Source of the DNA: Rubeoparvulum massiliense
GTDB taxonomy: Bacteria; Bacillota; Bacilli; Rubeoparvulales; Rubeoparvulaceae
NCBI RefSeq assembly: GCF_001049895.1
Contig: NZ_CVPE01000006.1
Location: 374,957-406,956 of the forward strand
Direction: 5' to 3'
Length of the DNA stretch: 32,000 nt
Shown here: in pieces, positions 10,872-19,537 of the stretch
Layout: the number at the start of each line of letters is the position of its first letter
How positions within the stretch are numbered: position 1 is the first letter of the stretch
Made by a program: the position numbers and the translations under genes
The notes under the pieces: model-generated
The model's database searches: none
Told to the model about the DNA's origin: nothing
The model's input: the letters and a program-made list of their open reading frames with translations, nothing else

Positions 10872-11228
10872 TTATCGTTTATTTCCTGACTTAGACAAAT
10901 CTTCGTTCTCTAGCTCAGGCATCTGCGCTGCATATATGATCAATAATTCTTTATAAAGCTCTGTTGGATGCTCCATTACCCTTCTTCTCAATTGGCCTGG
11001 CGATATTAAATACGCAATAATCATTACCAATTGAATCACTGTAAGTATGGCTAATATGCTTGGTGTAAGCTTGTCCGCTAAGAAGAACACCAGCTGCGAA
11101 AGAAATGCGATAAATAGGATAAGAAGATAATTTTGCCGTTTTCGATTTAGTAAGAGATGGTATATGATCATCTCCATTAACTCCTCCTTTTGAGTTAGTA
11201 GCATTGTAAGATTTTCCTTCTTCACCAT
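10872..11228 (-). CDS. Small membrane protein of unknown function
   Basis: 118-aa ORF with two TM segments and GGAGGAG immediately upstream. Confidence 0.5.
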   Translation of the reverse strand: MVKKENLTMLLTQKEELMEMIIYHLLLNRKRQNYLLILFIAFLSQLVFFLADKLTPSILAILTVIQLVMIIAYLISPGQLRRRVMEHPTELYKELLIIYAAQMPELENEDLSKSGNKR

Positions 11229-11351
11229 TACTCCTCCTATTCCATCGACGCATTATTATCATTAAGAACATCCTTCTAGAAGTTGACGTTTTTCATATTA
11301 AGACGCATGCTTAAGCTAGTGCCTATCATGATTAGCAAGGGGGAATCACCA

Positions 11352-11624
11352 ATGAAAAAAGTAGTGAGCACTAACATCTTGCTTTTCTTAGCCATTATCG
11401 GTTCTAAGTTATGGTACTTCATGGAGTTAAGAAAATGGAGTAACATTTTCTCTGAACATGGGGGTGGTAAGGTAGAATCCGTACTGAATCATCTCTATCT
11501 TTACCAGCATGAGGACGTGATAATTGCTGTTACTGATTATACTATCTATATCATTATTCTAGGACTTCTTATCAATCTACTCTTTCTCTTTCAGGCAAGT
11601 AAAAAAGCAACAGGAGCCATCTAG
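11352..11624 (+). CDS. Small membrane protein of unknown function
   Basis: The ORF track gives 11283..11624, but AAGGGGGAATCACCAATGAAAAAA supports a start at 11352. It has two TM segments. Confidence 0.5.
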   Translation: MKKVVSTNILLFLAIIGSKLWYFMELRKWSNIFSEHGGGKVESVLNHLYLYQHEDVIIAVTDYTIYIIILGLLINLLFLFQASKKATGAI

Positions 11625-11637
11625 GTTCCTGTTGCTT
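11605..11637 (-). terminator. Rho-independent terminator for the minus-strand MFS genes; it overlaps the 3' end of the convergent plus-strand small ORF
   Basis: AAGCAACAGGA...TCCTGTTGCTT. Read on the minus strand the hairpin is followed by TTTTAC. Confidence 0.75.
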
Positions 11638-11670
11638 CTCTTATATCTATAAAGTATTCAACAAGCAGGA

Positions 11671-12939
11671 TTAGTATTCCGCTGATTGAGGTATGGAATG
11701 CTCCTCCTCCCCTGCCATCTGCTTATCATAGAGATTAAACATGATTGCATAAAGCAATGCACCGATGATCCCCGTTACAAAAAAGCTAGTAAACATCCAG
11801 AACGGTGAGACAATCCCACTTAGGGTGAGGGATAATGGAGCAATCATTTGACCGATGGAAAACTGAAGTGATGATGCTCCGAGATATTGCCCCCGTTGGT
11901 CTTCTGGAGAAATCTTCGTGATAAAGTTCTGTAAAACAGGTGTTCGCATCATCTCTGCGATGGTGAATATGGCAATACAGAATAAGAGATACCATGGATT
12001 CAGAGAAAATGCCATTAAGAAATAGCTAAAGCCAAAGAGTAACGCTGAAATGGTAAAAGCACGCTTATCAGACCAGTTTCGAATGGCGCGGGTTATCGCT
12101 ACGCTGAGGAGTACCACCATGATTCCATTGAGACTCACTAGCATCCCGTACAGCTGTGCTCCATCCACAGTGATGAGGTGATCCCGCAATCGCATCAAGG
12201 GAGCATCGTGCACTTGGTCATACACGTAGATGCTCAAATAAAAGTCCATCTGCAAAAATGTCTGATGGATTATCACACCAGCCATCACATAGAGAAAGAA
12301 CAGTTTATCTTTAAAGATAACCATAAAGTTCTTCAGTTGCCCTAAAGTGCTACTTTTCTTTGATTGTTCGATGGTATGGGCTGGTACTGTTTCATGAACA
12401 TATTTGTTTAACAGTATGAAAAATATAACTGCTGCAATAGCACATCCCAAGATGAGTTCCGTGCGATATGTAAAGAAGAGTACCGAACCGATCATCGGCC
12501 CTAGAACAACGCCGATGTTCCGATTCATATAAAATACTGCAAAGACATCACGGCGTTCATGAACAGGAACCAGGTCAGCCACCATGGCTAAGCTAGCAGG
12601 TTGATAAATAATACTAGCTACTGTAAGACAATTAAAGATAAGAAAATCGAGCCATGCGCTTGGCGAAAATGCGAAGATAAACATGGAAATGGCCTCAATA
12701 AAGATGGCGATTTGCATCATCCGCTTGCGGCCATACCGATCTGCCCAGGTGCCACCAAAGAGATTAGCAAGAATGCCCGCGATGGGTGGAATCACCATTA
12801 AGAATCCAGCAAGGGCCTCTCCAAACTCTTCTTTAAAATAAATCGCCATAAACGGAACAAACATCCAAAACAACACATTCATTAACAGCTCGCCAAATAA
12901 GCGTACCTTCAAGTTAATATCCCATTCTAAGAGTTTCAT
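11671..12939 (-). CDS. MFS transporter (MDR-type), copy 1 of a tandem pair
   Basis: 12 TM segments with WADRYGRKRMM and FLMVIPPIAGI. ATG at 12939 with GAGG 9 nt upstream; the ORF track start at 12954 is a TTG inside the RBS region. Confidence 0.9.
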   Translation of the reverse strand: MKLLEWDINLKVRLFGELLMNVLFWMFVPFMAIYFKEEFGEALAGFLMVIPPIAGILANLFGGTWADRYGRKRMMQIAIFIEAISMFIFAFSPSAWLDFLIFNCLTVASIIYQPASLAMVADLVPVHERRDVFAVFYMNRNIGVVLGPMIGSVLFFTYRTELILGCAIAAVIFFILLNKYVHETVPAHTIEQSKKSSTLGQLKNFMVIFKDKLFFLYVMAGVIIHQTFLQMDFYLSIYVYDQVHDAPLMRLRDHLITVDGAQLYGMLVSLNGIMVVLLSVAITRAIRNWSDKRAFTISALLFGFSYFLMAFSLNPWYLLFCIAIFTIAEMMRTPVLQNFITKISPEDQRGQYLGASSLQFSIGQMIAPLSLTLSGIVSPFWMFTSFFVTGIIGALLYAIMFNLYDKQMAGEEEHSIPQSAEY

Positions 12940-12980
12940 ATATTTTAACCTCAACTGTTGGACTTATCTATTTGCTCAAA

Positions 12981-13007
12981 GGAAAAGAACAGGTTAGCGA
13001 CCTGTTC
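12981..13007 (-). promoter_or_regulatory. Hairpin and U-run between the tandem MFS genes (terminator or attenuator)
   Basis: Minus strand reads GAACAGGT-CGCTA-ACCTGTTC-TTTTCC, lying between the stop at 13023 and the start at 12939. Confidence 0.6.
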
Positions 13008-13022
13008 AAACACCAAAGGGTT

Positions 13023-14267
13023 TTAAATAGCCCGTTCTCCCTCCACTCTGACATCATGGAGATCAAACATCCGTGCATAGAGTATTGAGCTGATAATCCC
13101 CAGTACGAAGAACAGCGTGAACATTCCAAATGGCGAGATAAATTCTGCGAGCGTAATGGCTAATGGTGCAATAGCACGCCCAATGGAAAATTGTAACGAT
13201 GATGCACCGAGATACTGTCCCCGCTGGTCCTCTGGTGAGATCTTTGTAATAAAGTTTTGCATAACAGGAGTTCGGATCAACTCTGCCAGCGTAAAGACCA
13301 CCATACAGAACAAGAGATACCAAGGATTAATAGAGAAAGCCATCATAAAGAAGCTAAATCCAAAAAGAAAGGATGAGATCACCAACGCTTTCTTATCGCT
13401 CCAGCGCTGAATGGCACGGGTAACAGCAACAGTAAATAGCACCACCATCGCCCCATTGACAGCGATCATCCAGCCATATAACCCTTTGCCATCAATGGTG
13501 ATAAGATGATCTCCCCATTGGAGAAAGGGCTGCTGAACTACATGCTCATTGACGAAGATGGCCATGTAGAGGTCCATCTGCATGAAGATCTGCGAAATCG
13601 TAATCCCAGCAATAATATACATGAAGAAAAGCTTATCCTTAAATATTATCGCATAATCCTTTAACTGATCCGTGAGACTAGTATTTTCTAATTTATCCTT
13701 TGCATTGGCTGGCAGGGTTTCATGGACATACTTATTCAATACAAAGAGAAAGATCGTAGATAGAATAGCCGATCCTAAGATTAGCTCATGACGATAAGTA
13801 AAGAATAGGATGGAACCAATAATTGGCCCAAGTACAACACCAATATTGTTGGCCATATAGAAGACAGAGAAGACTGCCCGTCGTTCATGTACGGGCACCA
13901 GGTCCGCGACCATCGCCATGCTAGCAGGCTGATACAGCGTACCTACACTAGCCAGCAGCACAAAGATGACGAAATCAAGCCAGGGACTTGGTGAAATTGC
14001 AAAGATATAGAGACCAATCGCTTCGAGGACGACGGAAATCATCATCATCCGCTTCCGTCCAAAGCGATCTGCCCACGCACCACCATATAGGTTGGAAATC
14101 ACGCCTGCTACTGGAGGAAGGATCATTAACCAACCGGTTAGTGCCTTGCCAAACTCATCGGCAAAGTAGATGGCCATAAAAGGAAAGTACATCCAAAACA
14201 AAACATTCATTAACAGCTCGCCAATTAAACGAACCTTTAAATTAATATCCCATTCACGTATTTTCAT
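13023..14267 (-). CDS. MFS transporter (MDR-type), copy 2 of a tandem pair
   Basis: 414 aa, highly similar along its whole length to the 11671..12939 product (WDINLKVRL.GELLMNVLFWM, NFITKISPEDQRGQYLGASSLQFSIG). RBS GAGGTGAC is upstream. Confidence 0.9.
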   Translation of the reverse strand: MKIREWDINLKVRLIGELLMNVLFWMYFPFMAIYFADEFGKALTGWLMILPPVAGVISNLYGGAWADRFGRKRMMMISVVLEAIGLYIFAISPSPWLDFVIFVLLASVGTLYQPASMAMVADLVPVHERRAVFSVFYMANNIGVVLGPIIGSILFFTYRHELILGSAILSTIFLFVLNKYVHETLPANAKDKLENTSLTDQLKDYAIIFKDKLFFMYIIAGITISQIFMQMDLYMAIFVNEHVVQQPFLQWGDHLITIDGKGLYGWMIAVNGAMVVLFTVAVTRAIQRWSDKKALVISSFLFGFSFFMMAFSINPWYLLFCMVVFTLAELIRTPVMQNFITKISPEDQRGQYLGASSLQFSIGRAIAPLAITLAEFISPFGMFTLFFVLGIISSILYARMFDLHDVRVEGERAI

Positions 14268-14284
14268 GTGTAGTCACCTCAACA

Positions 14285-14371
14285 GTTGAACAAGTCTTCT
14301 TGAAAAAATAAAAACGAACAGAAGTAAGGAAACTACCTGTTCGTATGGCATCATTGAATTATTTGTTCAAC
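14285..14371 (-). promoter_or_regulatory. Terminator/antiterminator-like leader upstream of MFS copy 2
   Basis: Minus strand: GTTGAACAA (14371-14363) ... ACGAACAG...CTGTTCGT hairpin (14344-14314) with TTTTTATTTTTT, then TTGTTCAAC (14293-14285), the exact complement of the first element. Confidence 0.55.
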
Positions 14372-14771
14372 CTTATCGATCCCATTACCTAACGTTATCC
14401 TCTGTGTAACCAGACGTACTTAGTTGATATCGCTGTTTACATAGATGGAATCGGATAATAAGAAGCATCACAGGATAAATGGAAGTGATCCTAATCGGAT
14501 CAACATAAATACTCCCTTCCAAATTCCTGATGAGCAAGATGAACAACATGACGCTCGAACCTGTAGTTACCGAACATAGACGATCACCAAGATTAACCAA
14601 TATAACAACTAATTATTGATGCATGTATGAACATGTGAACTAGTTGTTCTTGGCTAAATCAATCAGTTCACGTTAGTTCGCACCCACCACGGTCTGAGCA
14701 ATTAACATGTGTCCATCTTCCTTTCTTCGTGACTCGAAATATTACAGTATGAAATTATTCTACATGATCCT

Positions 14772-14831
14772 AAAAAGATGCGCAAGCACTTTCAAGTAAA
14801 AATTACCGTCTTTTGAAAGATGCTTGCGCAT
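14772..14831 (-). terminator. Rho-independent terminator of the leuS-DUF896 unit
   Basis: Arms 14778-14795 and 14813-14831 (ATGCGCAAGCACTTTCAA / TTGAAAGATGCTTGCGCAT, one-base bulge). The minus-strand continuation is CTTTTTAGG. Confidence 0.8.
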
Positions 14832-14839
14832 AGATCACA

Positions 14840-15073
14840 TTATTGTAAAGGCTTTTTCTTACTTGTTGGCTTCCGTTCGTTCAACACGTTACCTTCATCA
14901 TCTACTTCCATAATGGTGATGGATTCCAGTTGTGAGCGAAAAGATTGACGGAGGGATTGTAAATATTCCTGGCGAAGCGTTTGTTGTTCACTTCGTTCTT
15001 CTGCTGTCAGCCCTTCGACCTTCGCTTTCCTGGCTAACTCATTGATGCGATTAATTTTATTGGCTGGTAACAA
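14840..15073 (-). CDS. DUF896 family protein (YnzC-like)
   Basis: INRINELARKAKVEGLTAEERSEQQTLRQEYLQSLRQSFRSQLESI is the typical YnzC/DUF896 sequence. Confidence 0.9.
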   Translation of the reverse strand: MLPANKINRINELARKAKVEGLTAEERSEQQTLRQEYLQSLRQSFRSQLESITIMEVDDEGNVLNERKPTSKKKPLQ

Positions 15074-15088
15074 GTGGTACCCTCCTAG

Positions 15089-17527
15089 TTAAATTACGAT
15101 ATTGATCAAACGATTCGGCACGACGATAAACTTACGAATCTCCTTGCCTTCTAATGCTTCCTGAACGGCTGCATCAGCTAAGGCTAAACGTTGTAATTCC
15201 TCTTCACTACTATCCTTCGCTACCGTTAAGCGTGCTTTGATCTTTCCTCTAATTTGTACCACCATTTCAACTTCTTGATCAACGGTCCATGCCTCATTAT
15301 AGGTAGGCCAAGGTACATAAGTAATGCTGCCTTCATGACCTAAACGGTCCCAAAGCTCCTCCGCAATATGAGGTACATAGGGAGCAAGCAATTGAGCAAA
15401 GTCACTCAACGCTTCCTGCGGGATGGTTGTTTGTTTATACGCTTCATTTACAAAGATCATCATTTGACTAATGGCAGTATTGAAACGGAAGTTCTCTGTA
15501 TCATGGGTGACCACTTTAATGGTCCGATGCCATACCTTACGGAAATCCTCATCTGGTGTCACATCAGACTGGATATTCTCATTGAGCATGCCTGTATCTT
15601 CGTTAATGTAGAGACGCCAAATCCGATTGAGGAAGCGGCGGATCCCTTCAACACCTTGTGTGCTCCAAGGTTTCGATGCTTCCAATGGTCCCATGAACAT
15701 TTCGTATAGACGGAGTGTGTCAGCGCCGTATTTTTCCACAATCTCATCAGGATTGATTACATTGCCTCGAGATTTACTCATCTTTTCATGGTTATCACCA
15801 AGAATCATCCCTTGATTGATCAGCTTTTGGAATGGCTCCTTCGTATCCACTACACCAATATCGTAGAGGAATTTATGCCAGAAGCGTGCATAGAGTAGGT
15901 GAAGCACTGCATGCTCAGCCCCGCCGATATAGAGATCCACAGGCAACCATTTCTGTTGCTTCTCTTTGGAACAGATCTCTTTCGTATTATGAGGGTCGAT
16001 ATACCGCAGATGATACCAGCTACTCCCTGCCCATTGTGGCATGGTATTGGTTTCTCTTCGTGCCTTCATGCCTGTCTCAGGATCAATGGTATTCACCCAG
16101 TCTGTGACAGCAGCCAGTGGTGATTCTCCTGTCCCAGAAGGCTTAATTTGTTCAACCTCTGGTAAGCGCAATGGCAATTGATCTTCCGGTACAGCCTTCG
16201 TGGTACCATCCTCTAAGTGCAAGATAGGAATGGGTTCACCCCAGTAGCGTTGGCGGCTAAAGAGCCAGTCGCGTAAACGGTAGCTTACCTTTCTTTCTCC
16301 CACATGATGCTCTTCTAACCAATCGATCATGGTACGGATCGCTTCTTCATTATTCATCCCATCGATGAATTGGGAGTTGATATGCACCCCATCGCCTGTA
16401 TAAGGTGCTTCTGTAACATCGCCACCTTCAATAACAGGTTGAATCGGTAGAGAGAACTTCGTGGCAAATTCCCAGTCACGATCATCATGAGCTGGCACAG
16501 CCATAATCGCACCTGTTCCATAGGTGATCAAGACATAATCGGCTACCCAGATCGGAATAGGTTGCTTGGTCACAGGATGGATGGCGTATGCACCAGTGAA
16601 GACACCTGTTTTATCCTTAGCTAAGTCAGTCCGTTCTAGATCACTCTTCTTCGCTGTTTCTGCTAAATAGGCTTCCACTGCATCCTTTTGCTCAGGCGTT
16701 GTGATTTCACGAACCAATGGATGCTCAGGGGCAATCACACAATAGGTAACACCAAATAAAGTATCGGGACGTGTGGTAAATACCTCGAGAACTTGGTCAT
16801 GACCGTCAATAGGGAACTTCACTTCAGTCCCTTCTGATTTACCGATCCAGTTACGTTGCATCTCTTTAATGTTTTCAGCCCAATCTAACTCTTCAAGATC
16901 CTCAAGTAATCGTTCTGCATATGCGGTAATCTTCAGCATCCATTGACGCATTGGCCTACGAATAACTGGATGTCCACCGCGCTCACTCTTCCCGTCAATT
17001 ACTTCTTCATTGGCCAATACAGTTCCTAATGCAGGGCACCAGTTTACCGGTACTTCTGCAATATAGGCTAAGCCTCGTTTGTATAATTGGAGAAAGATCC
17101 ATTGGGTCCATTTATAATACTCTGGATCAGTGGTGTTGATCTCACGATCCCAATCATAGGAGAAGCCGAGTGACTTGATTTGGCGTCGATAATTATTCGT
17201 ATTTTGCTTCGTGATTTCACGAGGATGAATCCCTGTTTTGAATGCATACTGCTCAGCAGGTAAGCCAAAGGCATCCCAGCCCATAGGATGGAGTACCTCA
17301 TATCCTCTTGTTCGCTTGTAACGTGAGATAATATCTGTTGCTGTATAACCTTCAGGATGTCCAACATGTAAGCCAGCTGCTGAAGGATAAGGAAACATAT
17401 CTAGTACATAAAATTTGGGTTTATCGGATTCATCATTGGTCTTAAATGTCCAATTTTCATCCCAATATTGTTGCCATCTCTGCTCAATGGCACGATGATC
17501 ATAGGTCTTGATTTGGTTCGTAGCCAT
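15089..17527 (-). CDS. leuS: Leucyl-tRNA synthetase
   Basis: [22 protein letters not shown] (HIGH-type motif), [13 protein letters not shown] (KMSKS), and [24 protein letters not shown]. The likely start is the internal ATG 'MATNQIKTY' at 17527; the track gives 17560. Confidence 0.97.
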   Translation of the reverse strand: MATNQIKTYDHRAIEQRWQQYWDENWTFKTNDESDKPKFYVLDMFPYPSAAGLHVGHPEGYTATDIISRYKRTRGYEVLHPMGWDAFGLPAEQYAFKTGIHPREITKQNTNNYRRQIKSLGFSYDWDREINTTDPEYYKWTQWIFLQLYKRGLAYIAEVPVNWCPALGTVLANEEVIDGKSERGGHPVIRRPMRQWMLKITAYAERLLEDLEELDWAENIKEMQRNWIGKSEGTEVKFPIDGHDQVLEVFTTRPDTLFGVTYCVIAPEHPLVREITTPEQKDAVEAYLAETAKKSDLERTDLAKDKTGVFTGAYAIHPVTKQPIPIWVADYVLITYGTGAIMAVPAHDDRDWEFATKFSLPIQPVIEGGDVTEAPYTGDGVHINSQFIDGMNNEEAIRTMIDWLEEHHVGERKVSYRLRDWLFSRQRYWGEPIPILHLEDGTTKAVPEDQLPLRLPEVEQIKPSGTGESPLAAVTDWVNTIDPETGMKARRETNTMPQWAGSSWYHLRYIDPHNTKEICSKEKQQKWLPVDLYIGGAEHAVLHLLYARFWHKFLYDIGVVDTKEPFQKLINQGMILGDNHEKMSKSRGNVINPDEIVEKYGADTLRLYEMFMGPLEASKPWSTQGVEGIRRFLNRIWRLYINEDTGMLNENIQSDVTPDEDFRKVWHRTIKVVTHDTENFRFNTAISQMMIFVNEAYKQTTIPQEALSDFAQLLAPYVPHIAEELWDRLGHEGSITYVPWPTYNEAWTVDQEVEMVVQIRGKIKARLTVAKDSSEEELQRLALADAAVQEALEGKEIRKFIVVPNRLINIVI

Positions 17528-17564
17528 TTTTTCATCAACCTCTTTTCGCGTTTTTTCCATTAAA

Positions 17565-17820
17565 AAAATCCCCCATCCCTACAAGAAACTTGTAAGGGAC
17601 GAGAGATTGACTTCCCGTGGTACCACCCTTGTTAATAACCAGATGAAAAGCTGGTTACTCACTTCATTACCTTAACGCGGTTAACGACCAGAGTTACTAA
17701 GCTTCGCTCTGATAGCTCCAAGGCGAGTTCTGCCATCTTCATGTTAACTTGCACCAACCGTTAACTCTCTAGAATGAAGAATCTGCATACTGCTCCTTTT
17801 CATGGCTTTACTATATTGAA
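17565..17820 (-). promoter_or_regulatory. T-box riboswitch leader of leuS (candidate Leu CUC specifier)
   Basis: T-box sequence AAGGGTGGTACCACGG on the minus strand (about 17630-17613). It is followed by the terminator CGTCCCTTACAAG-tttCTTGTAGGGATGGGGGATTTTTTT. Stem I contains GGCAGAACTCGCC with CTC. Confidence 0.93.
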
Positions 17821-17824
17821 CTTA

Positions 17825-17854
17825 ATTATAGACAATTGAAGAATTGAAGTCAAT
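17825..17854 (-). promoter_or_regulatory. Sigma-A type promoter for the T-box/leuS transcript
   Basis: TTGACT - 17 nt - TATAAT on the minus strand, immediately upstream of the T-box leader. Confidence 0.85.
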
Positions 17855-18015
17855 ATCTCCTCCTTAGTCTATCCACCTTTTCCTATCGAATTCGCCTAAG
17901 GGATATGATAGAATAAGGAAGTTGTATGTAGCTCAGTATATGATGGATACACTTATCTTGATAAGTGGTTTTGTATATTCTGTTTGGTAAAATTACTAGA
18001 AAGGAGGGTATTCAT

Positions 18016-19125
18016 TTGAATAAACCAGCTTCAACATTCCTACCAGAGATTAATCTTATCCGTGGAATGGCCTGTGTATCTGTTGTGGTTATGCACTCTG
18101 TCACAAGCCAAAATTACGCCATGGGTCTTCCAGCTGTGCAGAAGCTCTTCCTATTTGCTACACCGGTATTTCTCTTTATCTCTGCTTTCTTAATGTTCTA
18201 TCGCTATCCTGATACGATTCCCTCCTATTTTATGAAGCGAAGAGTTCAATATATTTTGATACCCTATTTGATCTGGAGTATCACCTATAGCTATTTGATT
18301 ACCTGGACCTATCAGCATCGTCTTCCAACTGCTTGGGAAGTGACAAAAAATGCGTTAACGGGTCAATACCATATCTACTTTATTTTGATCATCTTTCAGT
18401 ATTTCCTACTATTTATGCTCCTACACAAGCTGAAGTGGCAATATGCCATGGGTAAGCACTGGGTGCTCATCGTCACCTTTATTTTTAATCTCTTGTATCT
18501 TGCCTTTTTCACATTTATTGAGCCAGATACCTTCGCTCGCTTATGGACTGAATACTTTGGAACGCAGCTTTCTACTCCATTGTTATATTCCATGTGGGGA
18601 CGTTACTACTTTATCCTCTTCCCTGCTTGGATCTTCTATTTTGTCTTGGCTGGTTATCTTGCGTATAACTATGATCGTTGGAAAGCCTTTGTTCTGAAGT
18701 ATAAATGGTGGATTTTCCTACTCTTGGTCATAGCAGGTTACCTAGTAGTAGTAAGTATCCAACATGGACGGATCACTTCCAAGCGTCCAGAGGTTTATCT
18801 CTACACGATGGTGGTTTTGGCTGCCATGTTCATCATCTCTAATTGGATACAGAATAATTGGATTGGTCGATCCTTCCATTGGATCGCTCGCTACTCCTTT
18901 GGGATCTACCTAGCTCATCCCATGTTATACACCATCTTCCATTTTTACTATAAGGGAGTTCACCCATATCTCTATTTCACCTATAGTTTTGTCATTCAAC
19001 TTGGTGGTGCATTACTGCTAACCCTCGTTTTATCAAAGCTTCCATTTGGTAAGTTTATCGTCGGTAAGCTACAAAAGAAGCTTCCTAAGCACGCGAATAC
19101 ATCAACCAACGCTGCCCAGATGTGA
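18016..19125 (+). CDS. Acyltransferase 3 family membrane protein
   Basis: EINLIRGMACVSVVVMHSV N-terminus, about 10 TM segments, and SFGIYLAHPMLYTIFHF. AAGGAGGG places the start at TTG 18016; the track starts at 17965. Confidence 0.85.
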   Translation: MNKPASTFLPEINLIRGMACVSVVVMHSVTSQNYAMGLPAVQKLFLFATPVFLFISAFLMFYRYPDTIPSYFMKRRVQYILIPYLIWSITYSYLITWTYQHRLPTAWEVTKNALTGQYHIYFILIIFQYFLLFMLLHKLKWQYAMGKHWVLIVTFIFNLLYLAFFTFIEPDTFARLWTEYFGTQLSTPLLYSMWGRYYFILFPAWIFYFVLAGYLAYNYDRWKAFVLKYKWWIFLLLVIAGYLVVVSIQHGRITSKRPEVYLYTMVVLAAMFIISNWIQNNWIGRSFHWIARYSFGIYLAHPMLYTIFHFYYKGVHPYLYFTYSFVIQLGGALLLTLVLSKLPFGKFIVGKLQKKLPKHANTSTNAAQM

Positions 19126-19243
19126 TTGTATTGTGAATTATTGGGAATAAGCATTGTAAATGTCATTCTATATGGTAAAATGTATTTTGTGTATTCGACA
19201 ATTATGTCGAATCGGTATAGGTGCAGAATAGAAGGAGCGGATT

Positions 19244-19453
19244 TTGGTGGCTACACAGATGGGAGTAACCCTTTCTGATGATTCAATTAATCATTGGGAT
19301 TCCATCATCCTAGATAGTCTGATTGAACAGTACAGGCGTACTTTGTATATGATGTTTACAGAAGGTAAAACACTGACACATCCTGAGATGATCAGGAAAA
19401 GTCAGCAGCTTGATCGGTTGATCGTAGCTCGACAGAGAATTCTTCATAACTAG
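19244..19453 (+). CDS. Spo0E-like aspartyl-phosphate phosphatase family protein
   Basis: Short protein with LIEQYRRTLYMMFTEGKTLTHPEMIRKSQQLDRLIVARQR, matching the Spo0E signature of a Leu-[DE]-x-x-I...S...LD pattern. Confidence 0.75.
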   Translation: MVATQMGVTLSDDSINHWDSIILDSLIEQYRRTLYMMFTEGKTLTHPEMIRKSQQLDRLIVARQRILHN

Positions 19454-19462
19454 GATCATTCA

Positions 19463-19503
19463 AAAACCAATGAGCCCCTTGCGGGGTCCATTGGTTTTTT
19501 TAT
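19463..19503. terminator. Bidirectional terminator
   Basis: AAAAACCAATGaGCCCCttgcGGGGtcCATTGGTTTTTTTATTT lies between the Spo0E-like gene and the convergent ABC permease gene. Confidence 0.85.
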
Positions 19504-19537
19504 TTGCTTTATGCTATATGGTTTATTTAATTCTACC

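Noticed and set aside
15368-17367. Several antisense ORFs (60-113 aa) inside leuS
   Set aside because: All lie opposite a strong, conserved coding frame and show no family features. They are shadow ORFs.
17925-17995. Possible tRNA: GTAGCTCAG-like D-arm string plus CACTTATCTTGATAAGTG hairpin
   Set aside because: No T-arm (TTCGA-type) sequence, no matching acceptor stem and an 8-nt anticodon loop. This looks like chance similarity in AT-rich intergenic DNA.
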